Of a stretch of DNA of 64,000 bases, positions 63,287 through 64,000 are shown one piece after another (positions within the stretch are counted from its first letter, which is position 1; the number at the start of each line of letters is the position of its first letter). Origin of the DNA: Pseudogymnoascus verrucosus (lineage: Eukaryota); NCBI GenBank assembly GCA_001662655.1, contig KV460244.1, one strand, 5' to 3'. Position numbers and translations under genes: made by a program. The notes under the pieces were generated by a model. The model had not been told where the DNA came from, did no database searches, and saw only the letters and a program-made list of their open reading frames with translations.

Positions 63287-63287
63287 C

Positions 63288-64000
63288 ATGTTCTCATATA
63301 ATCTAACGCACCAAGTTGTAGTGTGTCATATTTGCCATTCTTGTGTCCTTCCAGGGCCTAAGTGCCAGGAGAGACACCTCCGGGCTGAACCACACCGACT
63401 CTTAGGACGTGAGCTAAAGGCTACTGTCCAGTTGCCGAGCAGCTATAAACTAAGAACAATTGAAGAGCTTCGATCACATAAGCCTCGGCCGGAAGATAAG
63501 TGCGAGCAGATACAGCAACTCACCAGTTACAGGGGGTCCCGCTGTCTGGAACTAGGGTGACTATGCCACCCGTCACCCCCGGAAAAGGAGAGAGCACTGT
63601 GCTTCTGCTCATAATAAAAAGGGGATAGACCATAGCGATAATAGTCCGCTGTGGGAAGAGTGTATCCTGCAGGCATATTTAACAAGCTATGGGCTAATTG
63701 ATTATTTTGTTGGGTTGATAATAAAAATGGGAAAAATTGAAATACGTCGGAATTATCAACACCATTGAAAGAAGAGAAAAACTTCTTATTAAGCTAGAAA
63801 ACGATTATCAGGACGTCCAAAGCGACATTATAAAGCAGGCGGGTATCGTTCAGGATTTCGGAGATTCACGATCAGCCCGGGTCCCATGGCCTGAGCGGTT
63901 AGGGTTTCCAAACCATTCAGCGGGGCTCAAGGACGAAGAGATCAAGAGCTCTCGTCAGCTACCAAAACCGAAGGAAGGAGACAATGCTGAGCTCGTCCGA
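63288..64000 (+). pseudogene. N-terminal DUF3505/OrsD-like zinc-finger fragment of the same protein family, opposite strand, runs off the window
   Basis: VVVCHICHSCVLP...RHLRAEPH, second C/H cluster, PLWEECILQAY...IDYFV, RVPW(P)ERLGFPNH(S)AGL; stops and frameshifts. Confidence 0.68.

Noticed and set aside
32600..64000. Accessory half as a Starship giant element
   Set aside because: No DUF3435 captain gene or element boundary recognisable in the window

Overview
Intron-rich genomic DNA from a filamentous ascomycete (Pezizomycotina; a Leotiomycete such as Pseudogymnoascus is my guess, not something the sequence proves). The left ~31 kb is gene-dense core genome: a DHA2 MFS transporter, LIN1/CD2BP2-like, UFD1, HSP60, cofilin, GET5/MDY2-like and NOP2. 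Between UFD1 and HSP60 (7.9-22.4 kb) lies an array of six intron-split, mutually divergent genes that the ORF track largely misses. After splicing, each encodes a single SANT/Myb-like three-helix domain followed by a basic S/T-P-x-K-rich linker and usually an acidic region; four share the same phase-0 intron. This array is the best candidate for an undescribed system here (a clustered family of putative chromatin/DNA-binding proteins). The right ~33 kb is accessory: two Zn2Cys6 regulators, a truncated alpha/beta-hydrolase, a divergent CoA-transferase III / AtuA(DUF1446) pair with a 3x71-bp CGG-rich promoter repeat, a RIP-mutated nest of hAT and Ty3/gypsy elements (the chromovirus carries an antisense Cys6/coiled-coil ORF), a HET-domain gene, a GT1 sterol glucosyltransferase-like gene, a hAT relic with a nested MITE (perfect 8-bp TSD), and a decayed, partly inverted DUF3505/RecQ-helicase gene with tyrosine-recombinase-like motifs. 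All calls come from reading the sequence by eye; no searches were run.
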